Shown in pieces: positions 10,434-21,320 of a stretch of DNA of 26,890 bases; the stretch's first letter is position 1; each line of letters begins with the position of its first letter. A program made the translations under genes and the position numbers. This DNA comes from Octopus sinensis (Eukaryota). The notes under the pieces were generated by a model. That model made no database searches. It was given only the letters and a program-made list of their open reading frames with translations, and was not told the DNA's origin. The stretch covers positions 1 through 26,890 of the forward strand of contig NW_021834743.1 of the NCBI RefSeq assembly GCF_006345805.1, in the 5' to 3' direction.

Positions 10434-10472
<39 letters not shown>

Positions 10473-10485
10473 GTCTCTCTGTCTG

Positions 10486-10554
<69 letters not shown>

Positions 10555-10680
10555 ATGTGTGTGTGTGTGTGTGTGCGTGTTTGTGCGTTTATATATACAT
10601 GTGTATGTGCTCGCGTGTGTATGTATATATATTTATGAGAACATCTGTGTGTGTGTGTGTGTGTGCTGACGCGCGTGTGT
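9998..10680. repeat. Compound (ATGG)/(TCTA)/(TCTG)/(CCTG)/(TC)/(TA)/(TG) microsatellite with an internal 184-bp higher-order duplication
   Basis: The block CTGCCTGTTTGCCTGCCTGCCTGCCTGTCTGCCTGTCTG occurs at 10217 and 10401. Confidence 0.9.
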
Positions 10681-11192
10681 GTAAGCGTATATTTTCCAGC
10701 AGCAATAACTCTCAGATTCACATCAGGGTTACACGACCGGTAACACACCTATCCGGGTGGATAGCAATCCGAATCTATTTCAATTTCAAATACGTCTATA
10801 TACACGATATACCCGGTGCCAAACCACGAAGGTGTTAGCGAGTGCAAGGAAATTACCATCCGTTACTGTATATATTAGTCAATGCCATCAGAGTTAGTAT
10901 AAAATAATAAACCTGGTAATGATGTTACTATTAACGTTTATGTATATATACATTACATGGCAATTAGTGAACTATAGCGTCGTTGGTTACAGGCTTCCAA
11001 CAAACTATATCTAATTCACAGGATTTCTGAGGAAACACAGTGGAAAGAGGGATTGTGTGTCTATAAAGCGGCACAGAGCAATTGTCCTAAGGGGTTCTTT
11101 GGAAGAAAACCCCCCCCCCCCAAAACAGAGAGGGCTCTAGTTTTTTTGTCGATGTTTATTTATTTTGTATACTTAATTATGTTCTCATACGT

Positions 11193-11357
11193 GCAGATAT
11201 GGATGCGTGGTTAATAAGCTTGCTTCCCAACCACATGCTTCCGGGTTCAGTCTCATTGCGTGGCACCTTGGGCAGTTGTCTGCTACTGTAACCACGGGTC
11301 GAGTAATGCCTTGTGAGTGAATTTGGTAGACGGAAACTGTGGAAACTCATCGTATCT

Positions 11358-11432
<75 letters not shown>

Positions 11433-11683
11433 ATGTGTCTGTGTGTCTGTGTATGTGTGTGTGTTTGCGTGTGTGTATGTGTGGTCTGTGTGTGCGTGTT
11501 TTTTTCTCCCAGCCCACCGATTCAAAACCGGTGTTGGTTTCCTTATGTCACTGTAACACACCGGTTCGGGTAAAATATATTGATAGCACAAATACCAGTC
11601 TTTACAAAAAAAAAAGTACTGGGGTGGGGGGAGCGATCAGCTCTGGCTGCAATCCAATGACTGGAACAAGTAGAAGATAAAGG
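11193..11683 (+). mobile_element. SINE family 'A', full-length copy with expanded central (TA)n(TG)n microsatellite
   Basis: Head and body at 11193-11358 (GGGTTCAGTCTC B box, GGCACCTTGGGCAG), microsatellite about 11360-11500, 3' half ending AATGACTGGAACAAGTAGAAGATAAAAG. Confidence 0.85.
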
Positions 11684-11849
11684 ACCGGCCGGTGGATTGG
11701 CGCAATCACTAAGGTGAGGGATAAAATCACCTTCATTGTTTCATTGCGTCCTTTTATATTCAGGGGTTCAGGGGTTCAAATCCTTCGTAGAGCATAGAAC
11801 ATATCCTTCCTTCTTCTGCGGTGGAGTGAAGGGTCGGTATATAGTTAAG

Positions 11850-11867
11850 TGCAAACGCAGACACACA

Positions 11868-11908
<41 letters not shown>

Positions 11909-12064
11909 GACGGGTTTCTTTCAGTTTCTGTCTACCAAATCCACTCACACGGCTTTGGTCGGCCCGAGAGCATAGTAGAAGACGCTAGTACAAGGTGCCA
12001 CACAGTGGGACTGAACCCGGAACTATGTGGTTGGGAAGTAAGTTTTTTACCACACAGCCACTCC
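11850..12064 (-). mobile_element. SINE family 'A', 5' half plus central microsatellite
   Basis: Minus strand GGAGTGGCTGTGTGGTAAAAAACTTACTTCCCAACCACATAGTTCCGGGTTCAGTCCCACTGTGTGGCACCTTG...GAAAGAAACCCGTCGTATATA. Confidence 0.9.
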
Positions 12065-12244
12065 TATATGATATATGATATATTTATATAAAAAATAGGA
12101 ATCGAAGGGTTAACAAATGGTTGAAAATCACTGGTTTCGTCCAATCCTTGTTGTTCCCTTACCAGTTTGTTCTAGGATTTCGTCTCGAGACTTTGCATTT
12201 ATCTTTCTTTCTAGTAAGAGTTGACCTACGATAGAAATTATTTG

Positions 12245-12570
12245 GTTATGTTTATGCTCTCAGGTCAAACCCCATGTAGGTCAGCCGTACATTTTACCCT
12301 CCGAAGGTCGATAAAATTAAGCACGAGTGAACGAATTTCATTTAGTACACAACGTACGAGAGACGACATCGTTGACTATAAATCGACCCCTTCCAACAAA
12401 ATTTGGGACTCTGGTCCTCGTTTTAAGATTCACTACATTCTCGTGTCAAGACGGCGGTCTGGCAGAATCGGTAGAGTATTGGAAGAAATACTTTGTGGTA
12501 TTTCTTCCGACTCTTTACATTCTGAGTTCAAATCTTTCCGAGGCTAACTTTGCATTTCTTCTATCTGGGA
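12245..12570 (+). mobile_element. Old decayed SINE family 'C' fragments (two)
   Basis: GAAGGTCGATAAAATTAAGCAC at about 12303. GGCGGTCTGGCAGAATCGGTAG...TTCTGAGTTCAAATCTTTCCGAGGCTAACTTTGC at 12452-12553. Confidence 0.65.
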
Positions 12571-12933
12571 TCCAAAAAAGAAAAAAAAGTATCATCAATG
12601 GTTCTCAACAGAGGCTCATTTGGCCATTGGGCTCCATATGGCTACTGGAGTCCATATGGTCCTTGGTAGGGACCATATAAGATTTTCCTGTTAAAATCTA
12701 TCTGCAAAAATTTTGTTACACTTCTACAGTGGACGCGTGTGGAAAAATTGCTGACAAGAGTTAAATTTTAAGTGCCCCACGGTTGAAGTCGTTGCCTGCT
12801 TTGTGTATTCTTAATATGATCAAATTATAAAAAAATGTAGGAATTTTCCAAACATCGAACGGTCTATCCCAGTAAAATAGGAATCAAAGCAATTCCAGGA
12901 GGGTCCATCGCAGTAAAATAGGTAAAAAAATAG

Positions 12934-13321
12934 TGGAGGCGCAATGGCCCAGTGGTTAGGGCAGCGGACTCGCGGTCATAGGATCGCGGTGTCGATTCCC
13001 AGACCGAGCGTTGTGAGTGTTTATTGAGCGGATACATCTAAAGCTCCACGCGGCTCCGGCAGGGGATGGTGGTGATCCCTGCTGTACTCTTTCACCACAA
13101 CTTTCTCTCACTCTTACTTCCTGTTTCTGTTGTACCTGTATTTCAAAGGGCCGGCCTTGTCACTCTCTGTGTCACGCTGAATATCGCCGAGAACTGCGTT
13201 AAGGGTACACGTGTCTGTGGAGTGCTCAGCCACTTACACGTTAATTTCGCGAGCAGGCTGTTCCGTTGATTCGGATCAACCGGAACCCTCGTCGTCGTAA
13301 CCGACGGAGTGCTTCCATATA
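12934..13321 (+). mobile_element. SINE family 'B', tail type 2, full length with about 10-bp TSD
   Basis: Same head and body as 395-713 up to CACAACTTTCTCTCACTCTT, then a different tail ending CGTCGTAACCGACGGAGTGCTTCCA. AAAAAAATAG lies at 12924-12933 and 13322-13331. Confidence 0.92.
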
Positions 13322-13344
13322 AAAAAAATAGCTGAGAAACACTG

Positions 13345-13720
13345 AATTAAATACAGGTATAAGTCGATGGTGTCAACTAACCCCTCCCCTCAAAATTGTT
13401 GGCCTTTTAACTCGGAAACCGAACTGGCAGGATTGTTAGTGCATCGGACACAATGCTTAGTGGTATTGCTTCCAGTTCGAATGTCAACCTTGCTTTTCAG
13501 CCTTACAGAATCGAAAAAAAAAACAAAAATAAGTTACCAGTCAAGTTACTGTGGCCGATGTAATTGACTGCACCCCCCATCTCAACCTCCTCTAACTTTC
13601 AAACTCTGTACTTCTCCGGGACTGCGGATTGGTAGAATCACCAGAATACCGGATAGGTGTTTGTGGTATTTGCTCCGGATCTGATTACTCTGCAAGTATA
13701 GCGAAGCTGTATCGGCTTTT
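13345..13720 (+). mobile_element. Old decayed SINE family 'C' fragments
   Basis: GAACTGGCAGGATTGTTAGTGCATCGGACACAATGCTTAG..., GTCAACCTTGCTTTTCAGCCTT, and a further head-like GGATTGGTAGAATCACCAG at about 13627. Confidence 0.55.
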
Positions 13721-14118
13721 TGGGCAATATCGGTGGGGTGAAGACGAAAGAGTTGCTGCATGGGGACTGGTACAGACCTTCCAAAACCATACCCAAATGA
13801 TTCTCTCATAACTACCTCAACATAGACAGTGACGACTGCTCTTCGCTAACGAGGTTTAATAACATCAAAACATGCCTAGAATTGTCTCCGGTACTTTCCT
13901 TTTCCCCACCGCGTTAATATTTCTAATTACATTTTATATATATATATGTATATGTATATGTATATATGTATATGTAAATGTATATGTATGTATATGTATG
14001 CATATTTATGTATATGTATATATATGTATATGTATATATGTATATATGTATATATATATGTATATATATGTATATGTATATGTATATATATGTATATGTA
14101 TATTGTATATATATGTAT

Positions 14119-14810
14119 TGGAAGGCTCTTGGTATGAAAGTATAGAAGCTCTTGCGTTAAAGAAAAGGCTCAGAGGGAGTGGTCATCTGGTCAGGATGAA
14201 GAATTCAAGGATGCCAAAACAACTCTTTTATGGAAAGTTAGCTAAAGGAGAACGACCTCCACATAAACCAAAAAAGAGGTATAAGGACTTGCTGAAGGTT
14301 TCCTTAAGAGATGCTTGCATCTCTCCTGACACATGGGAAAGCATAGCTATTGATCGTAGCAGGTGGAGAAGGATTGTGCACGAGGGGACAGTCACTTTTG
14401 AGAAATCTCGAGTTGCACATGAGAAAGTAAGGAGGGATGTCTGGAAGGGCATCTCTGTTGCACTTCCAGATGGGAAAGGTCTTCCTATGATGCTGACATG
14501 CAGTGTCTGTGCAAGACCCTGCCTCAGTAAAGCTGGACTCAAGAGTCATTTTCGTAGTCATAAAGCGAGACAGATGAGTGACAACCTGGCCACTGGTGGT
14601 GGTGTAACACACCATACTAATCATATCTGTCGGGCATGTGGAAGAGAGTGTAATTCGGCAGGAGGACTTAAACGACATGCAAAGGTACATGAAGCCCAGT
14701 TACAACCACAGCCGGCTATTACCGGTAAAGGTTTTAGTTGCCAATTCTGTACAAGACATTGTAGATCTTTAGCTGGGCTAAAAAGTCACATTCGATCACA
14801 GCACCAGTAA
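14119..14810 (+). pseudogene. Stop-free C-terminal fragment of RTE ORF with three C2H2 zinc fingers
   Basis: CSVCARPCLSKAGLKSHFRSH (14499-14561), CRACGRECNSAGGLKRHAKVH (14628-14690) and CQFCTRHCRSLAGLKSHIRSQH (14739-14804), all C-x2-C-x12-H-x3/4-H. The upstream part of the listed 312-aa ORF is translated microsatellite. Confidence 0.85.
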
Positions 14811-14860
14811 CAGTTAAGCTTCGTGCAATGGCCATACTCGATAACGAGGGGGCAGCCATC
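14119..14860 (+). mobile_element. 5'-truncated RTE-clade non-LTR retrotransposon (3' end of ORF plus 3' UTR) with apparent 12-bp TSD
   Basis: Translation [56 protein letters not shown]...DTWESIAIDRSRWR is the post-RT region typical of RTE LINEs. A short 3' UTR carries a stem-loop. ATATATATGTAT lies at 14107-14118 and 14861-14872, in low-complexity context. Confidence 0.9.
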
Positions 14861-15400
14861 ATATATATGTATATATATATGTATATATATATACACATTG
14901 GTAGTTAGATTAAATTGTTATGTGATGAAAGGTTACACAGTCAATGTGATTGGCTATCGATTACTGAAACATACATAATGATATATCAGAATACCTCTAA
15001 CTCTCTCTCTCTCTCTCTCTCTCTCATACACACACACAAACACAAACAAACAGCTGCGCATAAACACTGACACACTCTCATACACATTATTATCAGCTGA
15101 GATTTGGGGATGGTATTCACGCATTAAATCATTCGGATGTCCGTTGAGACACGCGTGTCCTTACGAAACCCAGGGCAGCGGCCTTGTGGGGGTTATTAAC
15201 TGCTGACCTACAAATGTGTACTCCACATAATGCATCGAACTCTCTTTGCTCTGCTTGTATTGCATATTTGAACACTTAACACTCCCATCACACACACCTA
15301 TTCACTCACACACATATATATATATATATATTATATGCAATCATACGCATATAGCTGTACATATGTGTATATATATGTTTGTGTCTGTGACTGTACATGC

Positions 15401-15477
<77 letters not shown>

Positions 15478-15483
15478 ATATAT

Positions 15484-15514
<31 letters not shown>

Positions 15515-15517
<3 letters not shown>

Positions 15518-15616
15518 CATACATGCATACACACATACATATATATATATACATACATGCATACACACATACATATATATATATACATACATGCATACAC
15601 ACATACATATATATAT
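15515..15616. repeat. 34-bp minisatellite x3 within a (TA)n tract (15310-15755)
   Basis: CATGCATACACACATACATATATAT at 15522, 15556 and 15590. Confidence 0.85.
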
Positions 15617-15632
15617 GTATGTATATATATAT

Positions 15633-15665
<33 letters not shown>

Positions 15666-15712
15666 TATATGTATGTATATATATTTATATGTATGTGTAT
15701 ATATATATATGT

Positions 15713-15761
<49 letters not shown>

Positions 15762-16116
15762 GCACACACTCGCAAATATGCTTTAATATCAGTAAAAATA
15801 AATAAATAAATAATCAAAGAAATAAATAAAGAGGTTGACAATAACAACGGCAACAATACCGATAACATCATAAGCCACAGCAGCAGTAACAGCAACAGCA
15901 ATTAATATTCATTAGATATTGTACGCATGTTTTGCTCTCTAGACGTATGACATTTGTAGATTTCCTCATTGAGTTAAACAGTTTAATTTTCCAGTCTAAT
16001 GTAACACGTTCGTAGTATAATATACAGGTGACGAGGAAGCACTTTTGTTCATAAATTTCTCATTATGTTAGCATGTACTTTTCCTCACTGCAACGTAACG
16101 TACCGTATGGGTTATA

Positions 16117-16560
16117 CAAGGTATGTTCTAGAAGTTTTAAGACATTTCCAAGGGAGACATTTATTAATCTGAAAGAAGTTCAAAACTCTAATTTGCTTCA
16201 AATTAGGATCCTTTGACTTCAGTGTAACTCTTGCAGCACTCCAGCCATTTTGTAAAGGCACCATGGAGGCTTTCCAAGTGAAAGTGTCCAGGGCCCTTGC
16301 CATAGTCTCCTTCACCTTCACCTTCAAAACGGCTGCTCCTGTGGTTCTCCGTCGGCTTGGAGAACAACCAAGAGTCACAAGGAGCAGGATGTGGACTTAG
16401 GGAGGGTGAGGGACAATTTGTGTGCCATTCTCTGTCAAGTAGTTGGTAATTATTCGCTGAGCAACCTGGGAACAAATTTTGCACAAATTTTTCTCATGTT
16501 CAGAACTTCATCAATAATTTTGGGCGCAAATGGCACAACGACACCAAACTGTATACGTAA
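16117..16560 (-). mobile_element. Mariner transposon remnant: internally deleted, one TIR retained
   Basis: Minus-strand frames give ...LNMRKICAKFVPRLLS joined almost directly to ...SPHPAPCDSWLFSK... and HGAFTKWLE...EVKGS (YSPDLAPCD-like motif and mariner C-terminus). A TIR-like TA|CAAGGTATGTTCTAGAAGTTTTAAGAC begins at 16115. Confidence 0.8.
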
Positions 16561-16584
16561 TGTCTTTATAGATATATGGCAGTC

Positions 16585-16730
16585 TTACTCTTTTACTCTT
16601 TTACTTGTTTCAGCCATTTGACTGCGGCCATGCTGGAGAACCGCCTTTAGTCGAACAAATCGACCTCAGGACTTATTCTTTGTAAGCCTAGTACTTATTC
16701 TATCGGTCACTTGAGCCGAACCGCTAAGTT
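16585..16730 (-). mobile_element. SINE family 'A', 3' half
   Basis: Minus strand AACTTAGCGGTTCGGC...GAATAAGTACTAGGCTTACAAAGAATAAGTCCTGAGGTCG...CCAGCATGGCCGCAGTCAAATGGCTGAAACAAGTAAAAGAGTAAAAGAG. Confidence 0.85.
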
Positions 16731-16772
16731 TCGCTTTTTTAATACCATGAGTCTTTTATGCTATCAGATGCA

Positions 16773-16815
<43 letters not shown>

Positions 16816-17682
16816 TGTGTGTGTGTATAGCGTATAATAAGGCCAAATGCATCACGTTTTTAGTCGAAGGGAGAGGCGAAGAGCGAGAGAAAAAAACGGT
16901 GAGAGAAAACCGGGAGAGAGAAGTGTTAATGACGTGCTGTAGGGTGGGGAGAGAAAGGTCAAGAGAAAGAGAGAAATGTCAGTGACACGAAAAGGAGAAT
17001 TACGCAGTTAGAAAGCTTGTTGAAGAGGCAGAGAGAAAGAGAGTGATATAAAGGGCTCAGCAGAGGAAAATTTTAAAATCATAAATTTTATGTTATTGTG
17101 ACTAGATGTGAATAACTTTCTTTCTTCAATAGCTTCTCTTTATCTTTTTCGCTCTGTGGAATTTCCACAGGTCCCACTAGCAGGTATGTAATCGTTTATT
17201 TGCTTCAGTCATTTGAAAACCTTGACGGTTTTATTCGAACAATTCAAGTCCAGTGTGAATTTACGAAGTGCGAGTTGTACCATCGTCTTAGAAAAAATTT
17301 TTCAAATTTGAAGCATCACTAACAGTCTTAATAAAAAAAAAATATTTGCACCGAGCAGTGGTAATTGCCTTGAATACTTTATTATGTTAGCGGCCTAATT
17401 ACTGCTTTGGAATAACACTTTCGTATACACACACACACACACATATTTATATATGCATCTTTATATATATATGTATATGCGTGTGTGTGTATGTATATAT
17501 GTATGTATGTCGTTCAGTATTTGGAATGAGAAGTAGATGGACAGCCGACAACTGACGAAGGGTCGTTCTTTATGCTACTTGTCCTGTTTTCCATTTGTTT
17601 CTCTCGTTGTTTGCGTATTCAACTCATTTGCTTTCGAATTTCATGTTGTTTACTGTTAGTGACGTCCTGTACCCATATATGA

Positions 17683-17782
<100 letters not shown>

Positions 17783-17799
17783 GTGTGTGTGTGTGTGTA

Positions 17800-18721
17800 T
17801 TGGTTCATCTCATAAATAATGCACTTTTTTCAATTGCATGAACAATACGTCGGAGGGAAACAGGATAAAATACTTGGATCAACTTGCTATAAAAGTAGGT
17901 AGTAATTTTACCATGGACTTATTCTTAGTGCAAGTTTTGAAGAGTGAAGTTCAATTTTAACAGTTATTTTTTCAAAGCTACACTGGAAGTGACAAAGGAG
18001 CATATTCGGCATATTTTGCTTTATGGTTTCAATAAAAGCAACAACTCAACGGAAAGTGCAGGGAATATTAATTCAGTATATGGGGATCGGACAATAAGCG
18101 TAAGCCATTGTCAACGGTGGTTCCTGGAATTCCGAGCCGGAAACTACAGCCTAGAAGACAAGCCTCGTCCTGGAAGATCTGTAGAGATCAACGAGGACGT
18201 CCTGCAAACTCTGGTGGAACAAAATCCCATCGTAACTGCTGAGGAACTAGCAGATAAGCTTGGATTTGATCATTCATCTAGTCATTCAGCTCAGCGCTAG
18301 AAGAAAAATGACCATCTTTGGTTTGAAAACGAAAAGTGTTCTTCTATAAGGATAATTCTCAGTCACATACAGCGAAGATGACATTCCAAAGGCGGGAGCA
18401 GTTTGAATGGGGGACTATGCCTCACCCACCATATTCTTCGGACATTGCCCCAGCTGATTATCATTTATTCCGTAGTCTTCAAAATCATTTAGATGGAAAA
18501 AATATGAATTCTGGAGACGAGGTCAGAACAGTAATGGAGGAGTATTTTTCGTCACGGACGAGTGAATTTTGGAACAGGGGCCTTGCAAATCTACCAGATA
18601 GATGGAAGAGCATTGTAGAAGATAAAGGAGTGTTTATTTTAGATTTAAAAAATGACTGCGTTTATTTTAATTTTGAAAAATAAAAGTATAAAAAAAACAC
18701 ATTATTTATGGGATGACCCAA
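17800..18721 (+). mobile_element. Internally deleted mariner element with both TIRs and TA TSDs (922 bp)
   Basis: Left TA|TTGGTTCATCTCATAAATAATGC; right GTGTT-flanked ...ATTATTTATGGGATGACCCAA|TA. The N-terminal HTH region (HIRHILLY...CQRWF..FRAGNYSLEDKPRPGRS) is fused to the C-terminal part (DN.Q.H, HPPYSSDIAPADYHLFRSLQN). The first catalytic Asp region is missing and the start codon reads CTG. Confidence 0.92.
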
Positions 18722-18865
18722 TACACACACACACATCTATGTATGCATGTATGTATCTATGTGTATATGTCTATATATATATGTATGTATATATATATAT
18801 GTATGTATGCATATATATACACACAGAGACATACGTATATACATATATATGTATACATATTTGTA

Positions 18866-19556
<691 letters not shown>

Positions 19557-19577
19557 TATATATATATATATATATAT

Positions 19578-19617
<40 letters not shown>

Positions 19618-19996
19618 ACGCACACAGGTGTTAACAACGAACTGAAGGAGTGTTACACAATTATTGTTTAAGCGTTGTACATGTGTGTGAGTGTATGTGT
19701 AAGCGGCTGTGTATGTATGTGCGTGCATTTGGGTTTGTGTATGTGTACACATATGCACACATGCATGCATGCAATCTATTCATACATATTGTGTGTGTTG
19801 AAACTTAGATTTTGGGAACGTTATACGGCAACAGACTCGTAGGTCGCTTTTTGTGTAACATTCTATATAGGTGCATATGTATATAAATATATATATATAT
19901 ATACTGGGTGTCCCAGAAAGATTTCCCAGAAGGATTTACCCATGTTCAAAACTCTTCCTAACGAATATCGGTTCAGGTAATATTATCTGCAAATTA

Positions 19997-20315
19997 AGGC
20001 TGCGAGCTGGCAGAAACGTTAGTATCAGTTGCGCACTGGGGGCGATGTAATCGATTAAATCCCTTTGTCTGTCCATGTTTGTCCCCTCTATGTTTAGCCC
20101 CTTGTGGGTAGTAAAGAAATTAGAAACGTTAGCACGCTGGGCGAAATGCTTAGCATTATTTCGTCTGCTGCTACGTTCTGAGTTCAAATTCCACCGAAGT
20201 CGACTTTGCCTTTCATCCTTTCGGGGTCGATAAATTAAATATCAGTTGTATACTGGGGTCGATCTAATCGACCCCGAAAGGATGAAAGGCAAAGTCGACC
20301 TGGGCGGAATTCAAC
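19997..20315 (+). mobile_element. Composite SINE family 'C' locus: nested 99-bp 3' fragment with 11-bp TSD plus terminal fold-back inversion
   Basis: AGAAACGTTAG at 20012-20022 and 20122-20132 flanks a tail fragment. A 33-bp perfect inverted repeat lies at 20199-20231 and 20267-20299. Confidence 0.9.
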
Positions 20316-21080
20316 TGTTTTGTTATGTCTGTGTTGCACACTCCAGTGGTTTCAAAGCGACGAACTGGTCACGTTTTGCTTCCGATGCCATGTTTGCATA
20401 CAAACCTATTATAGACGAACGGAACAACAGACACATGAACAAAAGGCATACAGATCTTTATGTAAATTGTAGATAATGCTCTTTTCTTTTCTAGGCACTG
20501 GGCTCGAAATTGTTTACGTTATTATTTGAAACAAATACGGGTGCAGCAGAAGGAATCCTAAAATATTATTTTGAAGAGTTGCCAAATAGTGGTCATTTAG
20601 ATATTTGTGGATATATCTAATGAGCGAGACGAAACTTGTTAGATATCCGCAGATACATTTTGATATCTTTCTGAACATAAATTTATTCCCAAGTAAAATA
20701 AAATATAAAACAAAAAAGAACAATTTGATCCTGTTTGTTTGTTTTTCTGATGACAGAATCCTGGATTTATGAAATATTGATGTGCTACGCTGTTATATGA
20801 AATGTCATACATAAGTCATAAATGAGGATACATAAAATAAATTAATGAACTTTGTAACAGGGAAAATATCGAGGAAGATAATCAGGTTTTAGTTTCAGAT
20901 GAAAAACGTATTTAGGGAAAATAGAAACAGGCTAAAATTTCATATTTGTATTGAGATATATGAGCAAGGGTATGAGGGAGGGCGCACGTATTTGCGTACT
21001 TATTTATACATGTGCACTCACCCATCTATAAATGTGTATGCCTATCTGTCTGTCTGTCTGTCTGTATGTATGTATGTATG

Positions 21081-21127
<47 letters not shown>

Positions 21128-21138
21128 GCACACACACA

Positions 21139-21177
<39 letters not shown>

Positions 21178-21288
21178 CGTTATTGGTGAATTGAAGAAAT
21201 GGAGCTGAACGCAGATTGAACAGAAATCGTTTTATTTCATTCTACTTTTGATTAATCTACTACAAGATTATTCATCTTTCTATTTCAC

Positions 21289-21320
<32 letters not shown>

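Noticed and set aside
10728-10764. Two small adjacent hairpins (GTTAC/GTAAC and CTATCC/GGATAG)
   Set aside because: Stems of 5-6 bp are expected by chance in 27 kb and there is no supporting context.
13872-14118. N-terminal part of the 312-aa ORF as a real protein start
   Set aside because: It is read-through of a stop-free TATATG microsatellite upstream of the LINE truncation point. An accidental ATG-to-finger fusion frame exists but has no evidence of use.
16850-17065. Purine-rich stretch with TGACGT, AGGTCA and a TATA-like GATATAAAG
   Set aside because: Short motifs in low-complexity GA-rich sequence are not distinguishable from chance.
17509-17672. Possible hammerhead ribozyme or Penelope terminal-repeat fragment (CTGACGA at 17552)
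   Set aside because: I could not find the GAAA core or three pairing stems in this copy. It is probably a decayed repeat and would need an Infernal search.
19902-19920. TA-CTGGGTGTCCCAGAAAG Tc1/mariner TIR-like sequence
   Set aside because: No partner TIR or transposase remnant nearby.
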